From an uncultured delta proteobacterium (lineage in GTDB: Bacteria > Desulfobacterota > Binatia > Binatales > Binataceae): a DNA stretch of 64,000 nucleotides. The stretch is taken from positions 480,001-544,000 of the forward strand of contig CAVRVY010000004.1 in NCBI GenBank assembly GCA_963724765.1, read 5' to 3'. The notes below the pieces were generated by a model that made no database searches, was not told the DNA's origin, and worked only from the letters and a program-made list of their open reading frames with translations. Within the stretch, counting starts at the first letter, position 1; each line of letters begins with the position of its first letter. A program made the position numbers and the translations under genes. Below are positions 8,430 through 18,198 of the stretch, in pieces.

Positions 8430-10055
8430 TTACAAGTCGAAGTCAGCTTCCTCGAGAATGCGCGCGGCGCGGAACAGAAAGCGGTTGCCGAGCACGCCGT
8501 CGATCACGCGATGGTCGTACGAGAGCGCCAGATACATCATCGTGCGGATCGCGATCGCGTCCTCGCCGTCGCCTTCGACCACCATCGGGCGTTTCTTGAT
8601 CTCGCCCATCCGCAGAATCCCGACCTGCGGCTGATTGATGATCGCGAAGCCGAACAGATTGCCCTCGCGCCCCGGATTGGTGAGCGTGAAGCTGCCGCCC
8701 GCGAGATCGTCGGCGGCGATTTTTTTCTCGGCGATCTTGCGCCGCAGCCGCTCGATCTCGCGCGCCAGTCCCACCACCGATATCCCCTCGGCAGCTTTGA
8801 TTACCGGCACCAGCAGCCCCTCCTCGGCATCCATCGCGATCCCGAGGTTTATCTGGTGGCGCACGATCAGCGAGTCGCCCACCACGGAGGCGTTCATGCG
8901 CGGAAACTCCTTGAGCGCGCGCACCGTCGCGGCCGCGGCCAGCGGCAGCAGGGTCAGCGCGAAGCCTTCCCGAGCGGCAAAGGCATCCTTGTGCTTATTG
9001 CGCAGGCGCATCACACGCGTCAGATCCACTTCGGCGAGCGTGCCGACATGCGGCGAGTGGGTCTTGGAGTAGACCAGGTGCTCGGCGATGAGCTTGCGCC
9101 GCCGGGTAAAGGGCTCGACCACGTCGCCCTCGCGCGGCTCATAAACCGGCGGCCGATAGCCGGTACCGCCCGGCAATCCAACCGATGGCGCGCTTGAGCG
9201 CGCGGAGGCCGATGGCGCGCTCGGGCGCGCGGCGGCCTGCGCCGACGGTGGAGCGGCCGTTGCCGCGGCCCGCGCCGGCTCCTGTCCATTCACAGCATTC
9301 GTCGCACCGTTTGCCGCGCCGCTCGCCGGCGGCTGCACCTGGCCCGCCTGGAGGGCGTCGAGATAAGCGAGCGCGTCCCGCTTGCTGACGCGGCCGCCCA
9401 TTCCGGTGCCCGGCACGCGAGTCAGGTCGATGCCGTGTTCTTCGGCGATACGTATCACCACCGGCGAGTAGCGCCGATGAGCGCCGACGCCACCGGCGGC
9501 CTGGCCGCCGGGCGCGGTCCGCGGCACCGCGGCGGCCGAGTCGGCCGCCGCAGCGGCTGCGCCGCTTGCACCGGCGGACGGCGTGCTCGCTCTGCCCGCC
9601 GAGGTCTGCGGTGCTGCGTTAGCGGCGGCCGCTTGCGGCCGCGGCTCACTGCGCACGGCGCGCAGCGTCGGCGGCTGCTGCGGGCGTGCCGCGGGCGGCG
9701 CACCCGCAGCAGCCGCCTTGCCCGGCGCGGGCGGGAGTGCGGAGGCAGCCTTAGGCTGCGTCCGCACTCCCGCCGGGGCGGCGGCGGCAGCCGGGGCGGC
9801 GAAAGTCGCGCCAGCGCCAGCGGCTTCGATTACCGCCAGCGGCGCGCCCACCGGCAAAGTCTGGCCCTCGGCCGCGATCAGTTTCGCGATCACGCCCGCG
9901 CCCGGCGAGGGAATTTCCGTATCGACCTTGTCGGTCGAAATTTCACACAGCGGCTGATCTTCCTGGACGCGGTCCCCCTCCTTGACCAGCCACTTGGTGA
10001 CGGTCCCTTCGACCACGCTCTCGCCCATCTGCGGCATCATTACTTCGATCGACAT
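8430..10055 (-). CDS. 2-oxoacid dehydrogenase E2 (dihydrolipoamide acyltransferase)
   Basis: Lipoyl domain EISTDKVDTEIPSP, E3-binding domain GTGMGGRVSKRD, catalytic SYDHRVIDG, Ala/Pro linkers. Confidence 0.95.
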   Translation of the reverse strand: MSIEVMMPQMGESVVEGTVTKWLVKEGDRVQEDQPLCEISTDKVDTEIPSPGAGVIAKLIAAEGQTLPVGAPLAVIEAAGAGATFAAPAAAAAPAGVRTQPKAASALPPAPGKAAAAGAPPAARPQQPPTLRAVRSEPRPQAAAANAAPQTSAGRASTPSAGASGAAAAAADSAAAVPRTAPGGQAAGGVGAHRRYSPVVIRIAEEHGIDLTRVPGTGMGGRVSKRDALAYLDALQAGQVQPPASGAANGATNAVNGQEPARAAATAAPPSAQAAARPSAPSASARSSAPSVGLPGGTGYRPPVYEPREGDVVEPFTRRRKLIAEHLVYSKTHSPHVGTLAEVDLTRVMRLRNKHKDAFAAREGFALTLLPLAAAATVRALKEFPRMNASVVGDSLIVRHQINLGIAMDAEEGLLVPVIKAAEGISVVGLAREIERLRRKIAEKKIAADDLAGGSFTLTNPGREGNLFGFAIINQPQVGILRMGEIKKRPMVVEGDGEDAIAIRTMMYLALSYDHRVIDGVLGNRFLFRAARILEEADFDL

Positions 10056-10070
10056 GCCGGCCCTCTGCCC

Positions 10071-11051
10071 CTAGTACGCCGCGAGCTCGCGGATCGCCTC
10101 GACGATCTTGTTGGTGTTGGGAAGGATGTACTCCTCCAGCGGCGGACTGAACGCGACATGCGTATCGAGCGCGGCGACGCGCCTGATTGGCCCGTCGAGA
10201 TAGTCGAAAGCGTGCTCGGCGATAATCGCCGCGACCTCGCCGCCGATACCGCCGGTCAGCCGGTCCTCGTGCGCGATCAGCACCTTGCCGGTCTTGCGCG
10301 CGGTCGCGAGAATCGCCTCGCGGTCCAGCGGCAGCAGCGTGCGCAGATCGAGCACCTCGACTTTGAGCCCGTCTTCCTTCTCGACGATTCGCGCCGCGTC
10401 GAGCGCCTGATGCATCGTTCCGCCGTACGTGATGATCGAAAGGTCTCGGCCTTCCAGCCGCAGCTCGGCCGGCCCGATCGGCACGGTGAAGTCGCCCTCG
10501 GGCAGGTCCTCCTTGATGCTGCGATAGAGGCGCTTGTGCTCGAAGTAGATGACCGGATTGTCGTCGCGCACCGCGCTCTTCAGCAGGCCCTTGGCGTCAT
10601 AGGGCGTCGCCGGCGCGACCACCTTGAGTCCGGGGACGCGGGTAAACCACGCCTCGGGGTTTTGCGAATGGAAGAGCGCGCCATGCACGCCCGCGCCAGA
10701 GGGGGCGCGCAGCACCAGCGGGCACACGGCCTGGCCCCCGTGGCGATAGCGCAAGGTCGCCGCGGTATTGACGATCTGGTCGAAGGCGCAGGAAATGAAA
10801 TCGCCGAACTGCATCTCCAGGACCGGGCGCATCCCCAGGATCGCCGCGCCGATCCCGGCGCCGACGATCAGCGCCTCGGAGATCGGGGTATCGATCACGC
10901 GGTCTTCGCCGAAGGCATCGAGCAGACCCTCGGTGACTTTGAACGCGCCGCCCAGTTCGCCCACGTCCTCGCCCATCACGAAGACGTTGTCGTCGCGCCG
11001 CATCTCTTCGTGCAGCGCCTGGTTAATCGCTTTCAGATAAGTGACTTCCAT
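10071..11051 (-). CDS. 2-oxoacid dehydrogenase E1 beta subunit (branched-chain or pyruvate type)
   Basis: MEVTYLKAINQAL start with GGAG RBS; GEDVG, DTPISE, EMQF, HSQ motifs. Confidence 0.95.
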   Translation of the reverse strand: MEVTYLKAINQALHEEMRRDDNVFVMGEDVGELGGAFKVTEGLLDAFGEDRVIDTPISEALIVGAGIGAAILGMRPVLEMQFGDFISCAFDQIVNTAATLRYRHGGQAVCPLVLRAPSGAGVHGALFHSQNPEAWFTRVPGLKVVAPATPYDAKGLLKSAVRDDNPVIYFEHKRLYRSIKEDLPEGDFTVPIGPAELRLEGRDLSIITYGGTMHQALDAARIVEKEDGLKVEVLDLRTLLPLDREAILATARKTGKVLIAHEDRLTGGIGGEVAAIIAEHAFDYLDGPIRRVAALDTHVAFSPPLEEYILPNTNKIVEAIRELAAY

Positions 11052-11100
11052 CGTACTCCAGTAGTTGAGATTCGAGGATCGGTATTCTGTGTGACGATGG

Positions 11101-12162
11101 TCACGATCCGCGATGGTTGCCGCCGCCGGCGGTCGAGGAGCTGGCGGAAGATGAGCCGGACGGCGCGTAGAGGTCCTCGAGCGCCTCTTCGGGCTTGGGC
11201 ATCGGGCTCTGCTCGGCAAAATCGACCGCGCCCTGGACCACCGAACGGACGCGCTCGTCCACCTCTTCGCGGATGCGCTTTAAGTCGTGGCCCTTTTTCT
11301 CCAGGAAGAACTCGTAGCCCGGGATCGGGTCGCGGCTCTCCCATTCCACCAGCTCTTCCTTGTCGCGGTAGAGCGCCGGGTCGTGCTCGCTATGGCCGCG
11401 GTAGCGGTAGGTCTTGCACTCGATGAGCACGGGCCCGCCACCTTCGCGCGTGCGGTTCATCACGCGCTCGCTCAACTCGACCACGGCTAGCAGGTCGTTA
11501 CCTGAGACCACATGGCCCTTGAAACCATAGGCTGCGGCGCGCGAGGCCACGTCCTCGATCGCCATCTGCTTCTCCAGCGGGGTAGAGTAGGCGTAGCGGT
11601 TGTTTTCGCAGACAAAGACCACCGGCAGCTTGTGCACGCCGGCAAAGTTCATCGCCTCGTGCACGTCGCCGCGCGAGGCCGCGCCGTCGCCGAAAAACGA
11701 CACCGCGATATGCTTCTCCTTTTTGATGTGGTACTTGAGCGCCGCGCCGACCGCGACCGGCAGCGACGACCCCAGCATCGAGGTCGAACCGAAGACGGCG
11801 TGCTCGAGGTCGCCGCCGTGCAGAAATGAATCCTTGCCGCGCGAAAGCCCGGTTTCCTTGCCCATCAGTTGCGCCATCAGGCGTCCCGGATCGACGCCGC
11901 GCATCAGGAAGACCCCGAGGTCGCGATGGAGCGGCGCCACCAGGTCGCCGTCCTGCAGCGGCGCGCAGATGCCGGTGACGATCGCCTCCTGCCCGGCGCC
12001 CGAGTAGACGCCGCCGAGAATCTTGTTCTGCCGATGAAGCCGCGAGACGCGATCTTCAAAACCGCGGATGAGCTTCATCCAGTAGTAAAGTTGCAATTCA
12101 TATTCGACGCGGGTGGCGCCGCTTGTAGCGGGCGCGCTCGCGCCTTCGACCTCAGCCATCAT
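11101..12162 (-). CDS. 2-oxoacid dehydrogenase E1 alpha subunit (ThDP-dependent)
   Basis: GQEA, ThDP motif GDGA...ENN, TYRYRGHSEHD. Start is ATG 12162 or 12159. Confidence 0.95.
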   Translation of the reverse strand: MMAEVEGASAPATSGATRVEYELQLYYWMKLIRGFEDRVSRLHRQNKILGGVYSGAGQEAIVTGICAPLQDGDLVAPLHRDLGVFLMRGVDPGRLMAQLMGKETGLSRGKDSFLHGGDLEHAVFGSTSMLGSSLPVAVGAALKYHIKKEKHIAVSFFGDGAASRGDVHEAMNFAGVHKLPVVFVCENNRYAYSTPLEKQMAIEDVASRAAAYGFKGHVVSGNDLLAVVELSERVMNRTREGGGPVLIECKTYRYRGHSEHDPALYRDKEELVEWESRDPIPGYEFFLEKKGHDLKRIREEVDERVRSVVQGAVDFAEQSPMPKPEEALEDLYAPSGSSSASSSTAGGGNHRGS

Positions 12163-12414
12163 GCACCTCACCGGTCAGCATCAAACATCAACAGTATTGC
12201 AGCCCTGCGCGCTCGGCAAAAGCGCTCTTTTGGGGCTTACGACCGGTTTTGTCTCGCTTGCGACATAGGATTTTCCGCGATTGTTCCGGCGCCGGCGCGC
12301 CGGTATCGTCTCGCGGCAGGCGGGGCGGCTCGGCCTGACCTGTCACTACGCTATACACTGCGAGCCGAGGTTGGGAGGGGGACTGCGATAAGCCAACTTT
12401 CAGCAAGCGGCCCA

Positions 12415-15400
12415 TTGTCAGCCGGAGACGGTCAGCCTTCGGCGGCCAGGCGAAGGCTTTTCGTTTCAACCGCCCGCATCGTACTGCTTTCATTTATTTG
12501 CCTGGCCGTCGTGTCCGTAGCGGCCCGGCCTGATTCCGCGCCGCCGCCAACCCTCACCTTCTCGCCCCAGGGCACGATAAAGAACGTGCGCCAGGCCGTG
12601 GCGCACTTCTCGCAGCCGATGGTTCCGCTGGGCGATCCGCGCGTCCATCAATCGCCCTTTCAGATTGATTGCCCCGAGCATGGGAAGGCGCGGTGGCACG
12701 GAACGGAGCGCTGGATAGACAGCCGGCAGTGGTCCTACGACTTTGACCAGGACCTGCCGGCGGGCGTCCGATGCACCTTCACGCTCGTCCCCGGCCTCAA
12801 AACGCTCAAGGGTGCGCCGATTGCGAGCCATCCCCCATTCGTCTTCGACACCGGCGGCCCGGCCGTGATCGAGACCAGGCCGTGGACGGGCAGCAGCGAC
12901 ATCGACGAACATCAGGCCTTCGTCCTCGTCCTCGACGCCGAACCGGACGAGCAAACGGTGCTGGAGCACGCCGAGTTCTCCGTACAGGGGATGGCGCAGC
13001 GGGTCGGCGCGAACATCATCAGCGGCGCAGACCGCGACCTGTTGCTCAAGCGCTTCGACGATTTCATCAACCATCGCCCGGCGATCATCGTGCAGGCGCG
13101 GCAGGCGTTTCCCGACAACGCGGACGTAAAGCTGATCTGGGGCACGGGGATCGCGACTATCAGCGGAATCGCAACCGCGCAGGACCAGGAAATCAGCTTC
13201 AAGGTGCGCCCCGCGTTCGAGGCGCAATTCCGATGCGAGCGCGAGAATGCGCAGGCCGCGTGCATCCCGGTGACACCGATGTCGCTTTCGTTTTCGGCGG
13301 CGATATCAGCGCAAGCCGCTAAGCGGATCGCGATCGTCGGCCCCGGCGGAGCGCGCCGCACCGCGCAACTTCCTGACAGCGCGGACACCTCGGACATCCG
13401 CAACGTAACCTTTCCCGGCCCCTTCAACGAGTCCGCGCAATATACGATCGAGATCCCCGCCGGCCTCACCGACGACACCGGCCGCCCGCTCTCCAACGCC
13501 GCACGCTTTCCGATGGCGGTGAAGACCGACGCGTTTCCGCCGCTGGCGAAATTCTCCGCGCGCTTCGGAATTATCGAGGAGGCGGACCCGGTGCTGCCGG
13601 TCACCGTGCGCAATCTCGAGCCACTGCTCCACGGCGCGCGGCTCAAGGCCGGCGGGATGCCCTCGCCCACCGGCGCGCCGCTAAGCGATTTTCTGAGCCG
13701 AATCGACGCGCGGGTCTTCGGACTTTCAACCCCCGAGGCGCCGGAGGTACTTTCATGGCTCAGACGAGTCGCCGGCGCTTCGCGCCAGCGCTCGGTCTTC
13801 GCGGACGACAAGTCGGATGACACGTCGGGCGGCGCGCCGAAACGCTTCACGTTGCCCCGGCCCGACCGCGCCAAGGCGTTCGAGGTGCTCGGCATCCCGC
13901 TGGGCAAGCCGGGACTCTATATCGTGGAACTCAAAAGCGCGCGCCTGGGCAGCGTGCTGCTGGGCAAAAACGCGCCGATGTACGTTCCGACCGTGGCGCT
14001 CCTCACCAATCTCTCGGTCCACTTCGAGCAAGGCGCCGCCAATTCGCTGGTCTGGGTGACCACGCTCGAGGACGCGCGTCCGGTCGCCGGCGCGGCGGTG
14101 GCGATCGCCGATTGTCACGGCAAACGGCTTTGGGCCGGCACCACCGATCGTCAGGGGCTCGCGCTGGCGCCGAAGATCGACGCCGTGAGCAACCCTCCGA
14201 AGTGCGACGACCTTGCGCCGACCAAGTATGACTTCTACACCACCCAGACCCAGGCGCTGCAGGAGCTAGGGTCGGGGCTGCTGGTGACAGCGCGGCTCGG
14301 CGACGACTTCAGCTTCGTCCATTCGAGCTGGCGCTACGGCATCGAGTCGTGGCGCTTCCATCTGCCGCAGGAATGGAGCCCGAGTAATCTGGCCGCGCAC
14401 ACCGTTCTCGATCGGCCGCTGTTCCGAGCCGGCGAGACGGTCCACATGAAGCATTTCCTGCGCTCCAAGACTCTCGGGGGGTTCGCGATAGTCCCGCCGG
14501 CCGAGCGTCCGGCGACGCTGACGATCCGCGCCGTGGGCGGCGACCAGCACTATGATTTCCCGCTCAAGTGGAGCGCGGCTGGCATCGCCGAGACCACCTG
14601 GCCGATCCCCAAAGGCGCGCGTTTGGGCGAGTACTCGGTCACGATGGCGCTTAAGGTCGGTCCGGAGACGTATCCCACTGAGATCCAGACCGCGGATTTC
14701 CGGGTCGAGGAATTTCGCCTGCCTCTGATGAAGGCGGCGATTCGGATGCCGGCGCAAGTCCAGGTCGGGGTCACCAGCGTGCCGATCGATCTCAGCGCCG
14801 AGTACCTCTCGGGTGGAGCGGCGGCCGGATTGGCGGTCACGCTGCGCAGCCAGGTTCAGCCCAATGCGTCGATTTCGTTTCCCGACTTCGAGGATTTCAC
14901 TTTCGCCAATGGCGAGGTCAAGCAAGGAACCGTTACCAGCGAGCAATGGTACCAGGGTTTCCAAACCGTGACGCCACCCGGAGTCCATCAGCGTAAAGAC
15001 CTGACGCTCGACGCCGCTGGCGGCGCGCGTACCGTGATAACCGATATCGAGCGCTCGCCTACGCCGACCGACGTGCGCGCGGAGATGGAATACCACGACC
15101 CCAACGGCGAGACGCAGACCGTTTCCAACTCGGTCACGATTTGGCCCGCCAAATGGCTGGCTGGAATCCGCGCCGACGACTGGGTTTCCTCGCCCGGCCA
15201 CGTGCGTTTTCGCGTCGCAGTGGTCGCGGAGGGCGGCAAGCCGGTCGCCGACGCTCCGGTCAGCGTCGAAATTTTCAGCCGCAAGACGTTCTCGTATCGC
15301 AAGCGCCTGGTTGGCGGATTTTACGCCTACGACAACACGGTCGAGACGCGCCGCGCAGGCGAATTGTGCTCCGGCGTTACCGACCGGCGCGGACTGCTGC

Positions 15401-18198
15401 TGTGCGACGCGAAGACCTCGATCACCGGTTCGGTTGAGGTGCAGGCCACTGTGCGCGACAACACCGGCAACTCGAGCATGGCGTACACCGAAGTATTTAT
15501 CCCCGGCTCGGACCGCTTGTGGTTCGAGGGCCATGACGAGGATCGGATTGACCTGTTGCCCGAACATCCGCAATACCAGCCGGGCGACGTCGCGCGCTTC
15601 CAGGTGCGGATGCCTTTCGCTGAAGCCACTGCGCTGGTCGCCGTGGCACGCGAAGGAATTATCGCGGCCTCCGTGGTTCATCTCTCGGGCCATAACCCGG
15701 TCATCACCCTCCCCGTGCGCGACTACGCCCCCAACGTGTTCGTGTCGGTGCTGGCGATTCGCGGCCGTATCGGCGAGCCCCAGCCCACCGGCATGCTCGA
15801 CCTCGCCAAGCCGGCCTTCAGGCTGGGCATCGCGGAGATTCGCGTCGGATGGCGCGCAAATCGGCTGAACGTGACCGTCACGCCCGAGCATCGCGTCTAC
15901 CGCGTGCGCGAGAAGGCAAAGATCACGATCGCGGTCAGGACCGCCACGGGCGCGCCGCCGCCCAGAGGCAGCGAAGTCGCGGTGGCCGCGGTCGACCAGG
16001 GATTGCTCGAACTCGCCAACAACGATAGCTGGAAGCTGCTGGACGCGATGATGGGGCGGCGGCCCTACCAAGTGGAAACGTCGACCGCGCAGATGGAGGT
16101 CGTCGGCAAGCGGCACTACGGACTTAAGGCGCTGCCGCCGGGCGGCGGCGGCGGCCGGCGTATCACGCGCGAGCTATTCGACACACTGCTGCTGTGGAAA
16201 GCGACGGTGCCGCTGGATGCGGCCGGCAACGCGTCGGTTGAAGTCCCGCTCAATGATTCATTGACCAGCTTCCGTATCGTCGCGATCGCCAGTGGCGGTA
16301 TCAACCTGTTCGGCACCGGCGACACGCTGATTCAGTCAACGCAGGATCTGATGATCCTGCCGGGAGTCTCGCCGATAATCCGCGCCGGCGACTCGTTCGA
16401 CGCGGAGTTCACCGTGCGCAACGCCTCCGAGCAGGCTTTCACCGCGACTGTGAACGCGAAGATCGAAGGCGTCGCGGCCCAGCCCGCGCAGCAGGTACTC
16501 GAACTCGCGCCGGGCGAAGGAAAATCCATCGATTGGAAAGTTGCAGTGCCGGCGGGCGTGAACGAACTGCGCTATCGCGTCGATGCGACGTCCATCGCCG
16601 GCGGACCGTCGGACCATCTGAAGATAACGCAGCGCGTGCTGCCGGTGGTCCCGGTCAGGACCTACCAGGCGACGCTGATGCGATGGGAAAAGCCGATCGC
16701 CGAGCCGGTCGCGTTACCTGCCGACGCGCTCGCCGGCCAGGGCGACGTGCAGGTTGCGCTCAGCCCTTCGCTCACAGCCGGGCTCGAGGGAGTGCGCGAT
16801 TGGATGCGCGTGTATCCATATACATGCCTGGAGCAGCGCGTATCGCGCGCGGTTGCGCTAGGCGACCCGCTGACTTGGAACAGCATCGCCGCGGACCTGC
16901 CGCAATATCTCGACGGCGAGGGCCTACTGAAGTTTTTTCCCGAGATGCGCGACGGCAGCGACCTCCTGACCTCGTACGTCTTCTCGATCGCGCACGAAGC
17001 CGGGCTCACGATTCCGCCGCAGTCCGAGGAAGCGATGGAGCGCGGCCTGCGCGGCTTTATCGCGGGCACTGTGGTGCGCTACGGCGTCGTGCCGGGCGCC
17101 GACCTGCCGCTTAGGAAAATCGCTGCGATCGAGGCGCTCTCCAGCGCCGGCCAGGCCAACGCCGAGATGCTCGGTAGCATCATCATCGAGCCCAATTTGT
17201 GGCCCGACGCGACGGTTATCGAATGGTGGAACATCCTGCTCCGCATGCATGGCGTCTCCGACCGCGCGCGCCGGCTCGCCGAGGCCGAGCAGATCGTGCG
17301 CTCGCGGCTCAATTGGCAGGGCACCGCCGTGCACCTTTCGGGCGGCCACTGCTGGTGCCTGATGACCGACGCGGAGAGCAACCTGCTGCGTCTGGACCTG
17401 CTGCTGATCGACAATCATCTTTGGCATGACGACGTGCCGCGCGTAATGCAGGGCGCGGTGAGTATGCAGTCGCGGGGAGCGTGGCCGACCACGCTCGCCA
17501 ACGCATGGGGCACGCTGGCGGTTGAAAAATTCGCGCGCGCCTTCGAGTCGGTGCCGGTCAAGGGAACGACCGCGGTCTCGCTCGCGGCGGCCGCGCAACA
17601 GCTCGATTGGGCCCACGATCCCAGTGGCGGAAATCTGAGCCTGGCATGGCCCCCGGCGCGAGCCGATCTGCATATCGATCACAACGGCAGCGGAAATCCG
17701 TGGGTGCAGATTCGCGCGCGCGCGGCGATTGCGCTCAAGTCGCCGTTTAACAGCGGCTACCGGATCACCCGAACGCTCAGCGCGGTGGACACAAACCATA
17801 GTGGCGGATGGCGCCGCGGCGACATCGTACGCGTGCATCTCAAGATCGAAGCGCAGACCGACATGGCGTGGGTGGTCGTGAACGATCCGCTTCCGGCCGG
17901 CGCCTCGCATCTCGGCACCGGACTGCGGCGCGACTCTGCGATCGCGACCGCCGGTGAAAATATCGGCGCCGAAAATATCAACAACAATGACTATTACTTG
18001 CCCGACTTCGTCGAGCGGCCGTTCGATGCCTTCCGCGCCTACTATGAATACATCCCCAAGGGCACGTTCGAGGTCGAATACACGATTCGGCTCAACCAGG
18101 CCGGCGTCTTCCAACTCCCGCCGACGCGCGTGGAGGCGCTCTACGAGCCCGAGATGATGGGCGAACTGCCGAACGCGCCGTTCGACGTCGCGCCCTGA
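12415..18198 (+). CDS. yfhM: Bacterial alpha-2-macroglobulin family protein
   Basis: About 1900 aa. MG2 motif DRPLFRAGETVH, FRVEEF, thioester motif YPYTCLEQ, C-terminal PPTRVEALYEPE. Signal peptide near 12450-12520, so the ORF track start at 11869 is probably too early. Followed directly by pbpC. Confidence 0.93.
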   Translation: MSAGDGQPSAARRRLFVSTARIVLLSFICLAVVSVAARPDSAPPPTLTFSPQGTIKNVRQAVAHFSQPMVPLGDPRVHQSPFQIDCPEHGKARWHGTERWIDSRQWSYDFDQDLPAGVRCTFTLVPGLKTLKGAPIASHPPFVFDTGGPAVIETRPWTGSSDIDEHQAFVLVLDAEPDEQTVLEHAEFSVQGMAQRVGANIISGADRDLLLKRFDDFINHRPAIIVQARQAFPDNADVKLIWGTGIATISGIATAQDQEISFKVRPAFEAQFRCERENAQAACIPVTPMSLSFSAAISAQAAKRIAIVGPGGARRTAQLPDSADTSDIRNVTFPGPFNESAQYTIEIPAGLTDDTGRPLSNAARFPMAVKTDAFPPLAKFSARFGIIEEADPVLPVTVRNLEPLLHGARLKAGGMPSPTGAPLSDFLSRIDARVFGLSTPEAPEVLSWLRRVAGASRQRSVFADDKSDDTSGGAPKRFTLPRPDRAKAFEVLGIPLGKPGLYIVELKSARLGSVLLGKNAPMYVPTVALLTNLSVHFEQGAANSLVWVTTLEDARPVAGAAVAIADCHGKRLWAGTTDRQGLALAPKIDAVSNPPKCDDLAPTKYDFYTTQTQALQELGSGLLVTARLGDDFSFVHSSWRYGIESWRFHLPQEWSPSNLAAHTVLDRPLFRAGETVHMKHFLRSKTLGGFAIVPPAERPATLTIRAVGGDQHYDFPLKWSAAGIAETTWPIPKGARLGEYSVTMALKVGPETYPTEIQTADFRVEEFRLPLMKAAIRMPAQVQVGVTSVPIDLSAEYLSGGAAAGLAVTLRSQVQPNASISFPDFEDFTFANGEVKQGTVTSEQWYQGFQTVTPPGVHQRKDLTLDAAGGARTVITDIERSPTPTDVRAEMEYHDPNGETQTVSNSVTIWPAKWLAGIRADDWVSSPGHVRFRVAVVAEGGKPVADAPVSVEIFSRKTFSYRKRLVGGFYAYDNTVETRRAGELCSGVTDRRGLLLCDAKTSITGSVEVQATVRDNTGNSSMAYTEVFIPGSDRLWFEGHDEDRIDLLPEHPQYQPGDVARFQVRMPFAEATALVAVAREGIIAASVVHLSGHNPVITLPVRDYAPNVFVSVLAIRGRIGEPQPTGMLDLAKPAFRLGIAEIRVGWRANRLNVTVTPEHRVYRVREKAKITIAVRTATGAPPPRGSEVAVAAVDQGLLELANNDSWKLLDAMMGRRPYQVETSTAQMEVVGKRHYGLKALPPGGGGGRRITRELFDTLLLWKATVPLDAAGNASVEVPLNDSLTSFRIVAIASGGINLFGTGDTLIQSTQDLMILPGVSPIIRAGDSFDAEFTVRNASEQAFTATVNAKIEGVAAQPAQQVLELAPGEGKSIDWKVAVPAGVNELRYRVDATSIAGGPSDHLKITQRVLPVVPVRTYQATLMRWEKPIAEPVALPADALAGQGDVQVALSPSLTAGLEGVRDWMRVYPYTCLEQRVSRAVALGDPLTWNSIAADLPQYLDGEGLLKFFPEMRDGSDLLTSYVFSIAHEAGLTIPPQSEEAMERGLRGFIAGTVVRYGVVPGADLPLRKIAAIEALSSAGQANAEMLGSIIIEPNLWPDATVIEWWNILLRMHGVSDRARRLAEAEQIVRSRLNWQGTAVHLSGGHCWCLMTDAESNLLRLDLLLIDNHLWHDDVPRVMQGAVSMQSRGAWPTTLANAWGTLAVEKFARAFESVPVKGTTAVSLAAAAQQLDWAHDPSGGNLSLAWPPARADLHIDHNGSGNPWVQIRARAAIALKSPFNSGYRITRTLSAVDTNHSGGWRRGDIVRVHLKIEAQTDMAWVVVNDPLPAGASHLGTGLRRDSAIATAGENIGAENINNNDYYLPDFVERPFDAFRAYYEYIPKGTFEVEYTIRLNQAGVFQLPPTRVEALYEPEMMGELPNAPFDVAP

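Noticed and set aside
9435-11426. Long antisense and alternative-frame ORFs (for example 9435-11426, 5059-6234, 14266-16116, 16924-18870, 44047-45237, 59894-61084)
   Set aside because: They shadow well-supported genes, are Arg/Ala/Gly-rich and carry no motifs. This is the expected artefact of high-GC codon bias.
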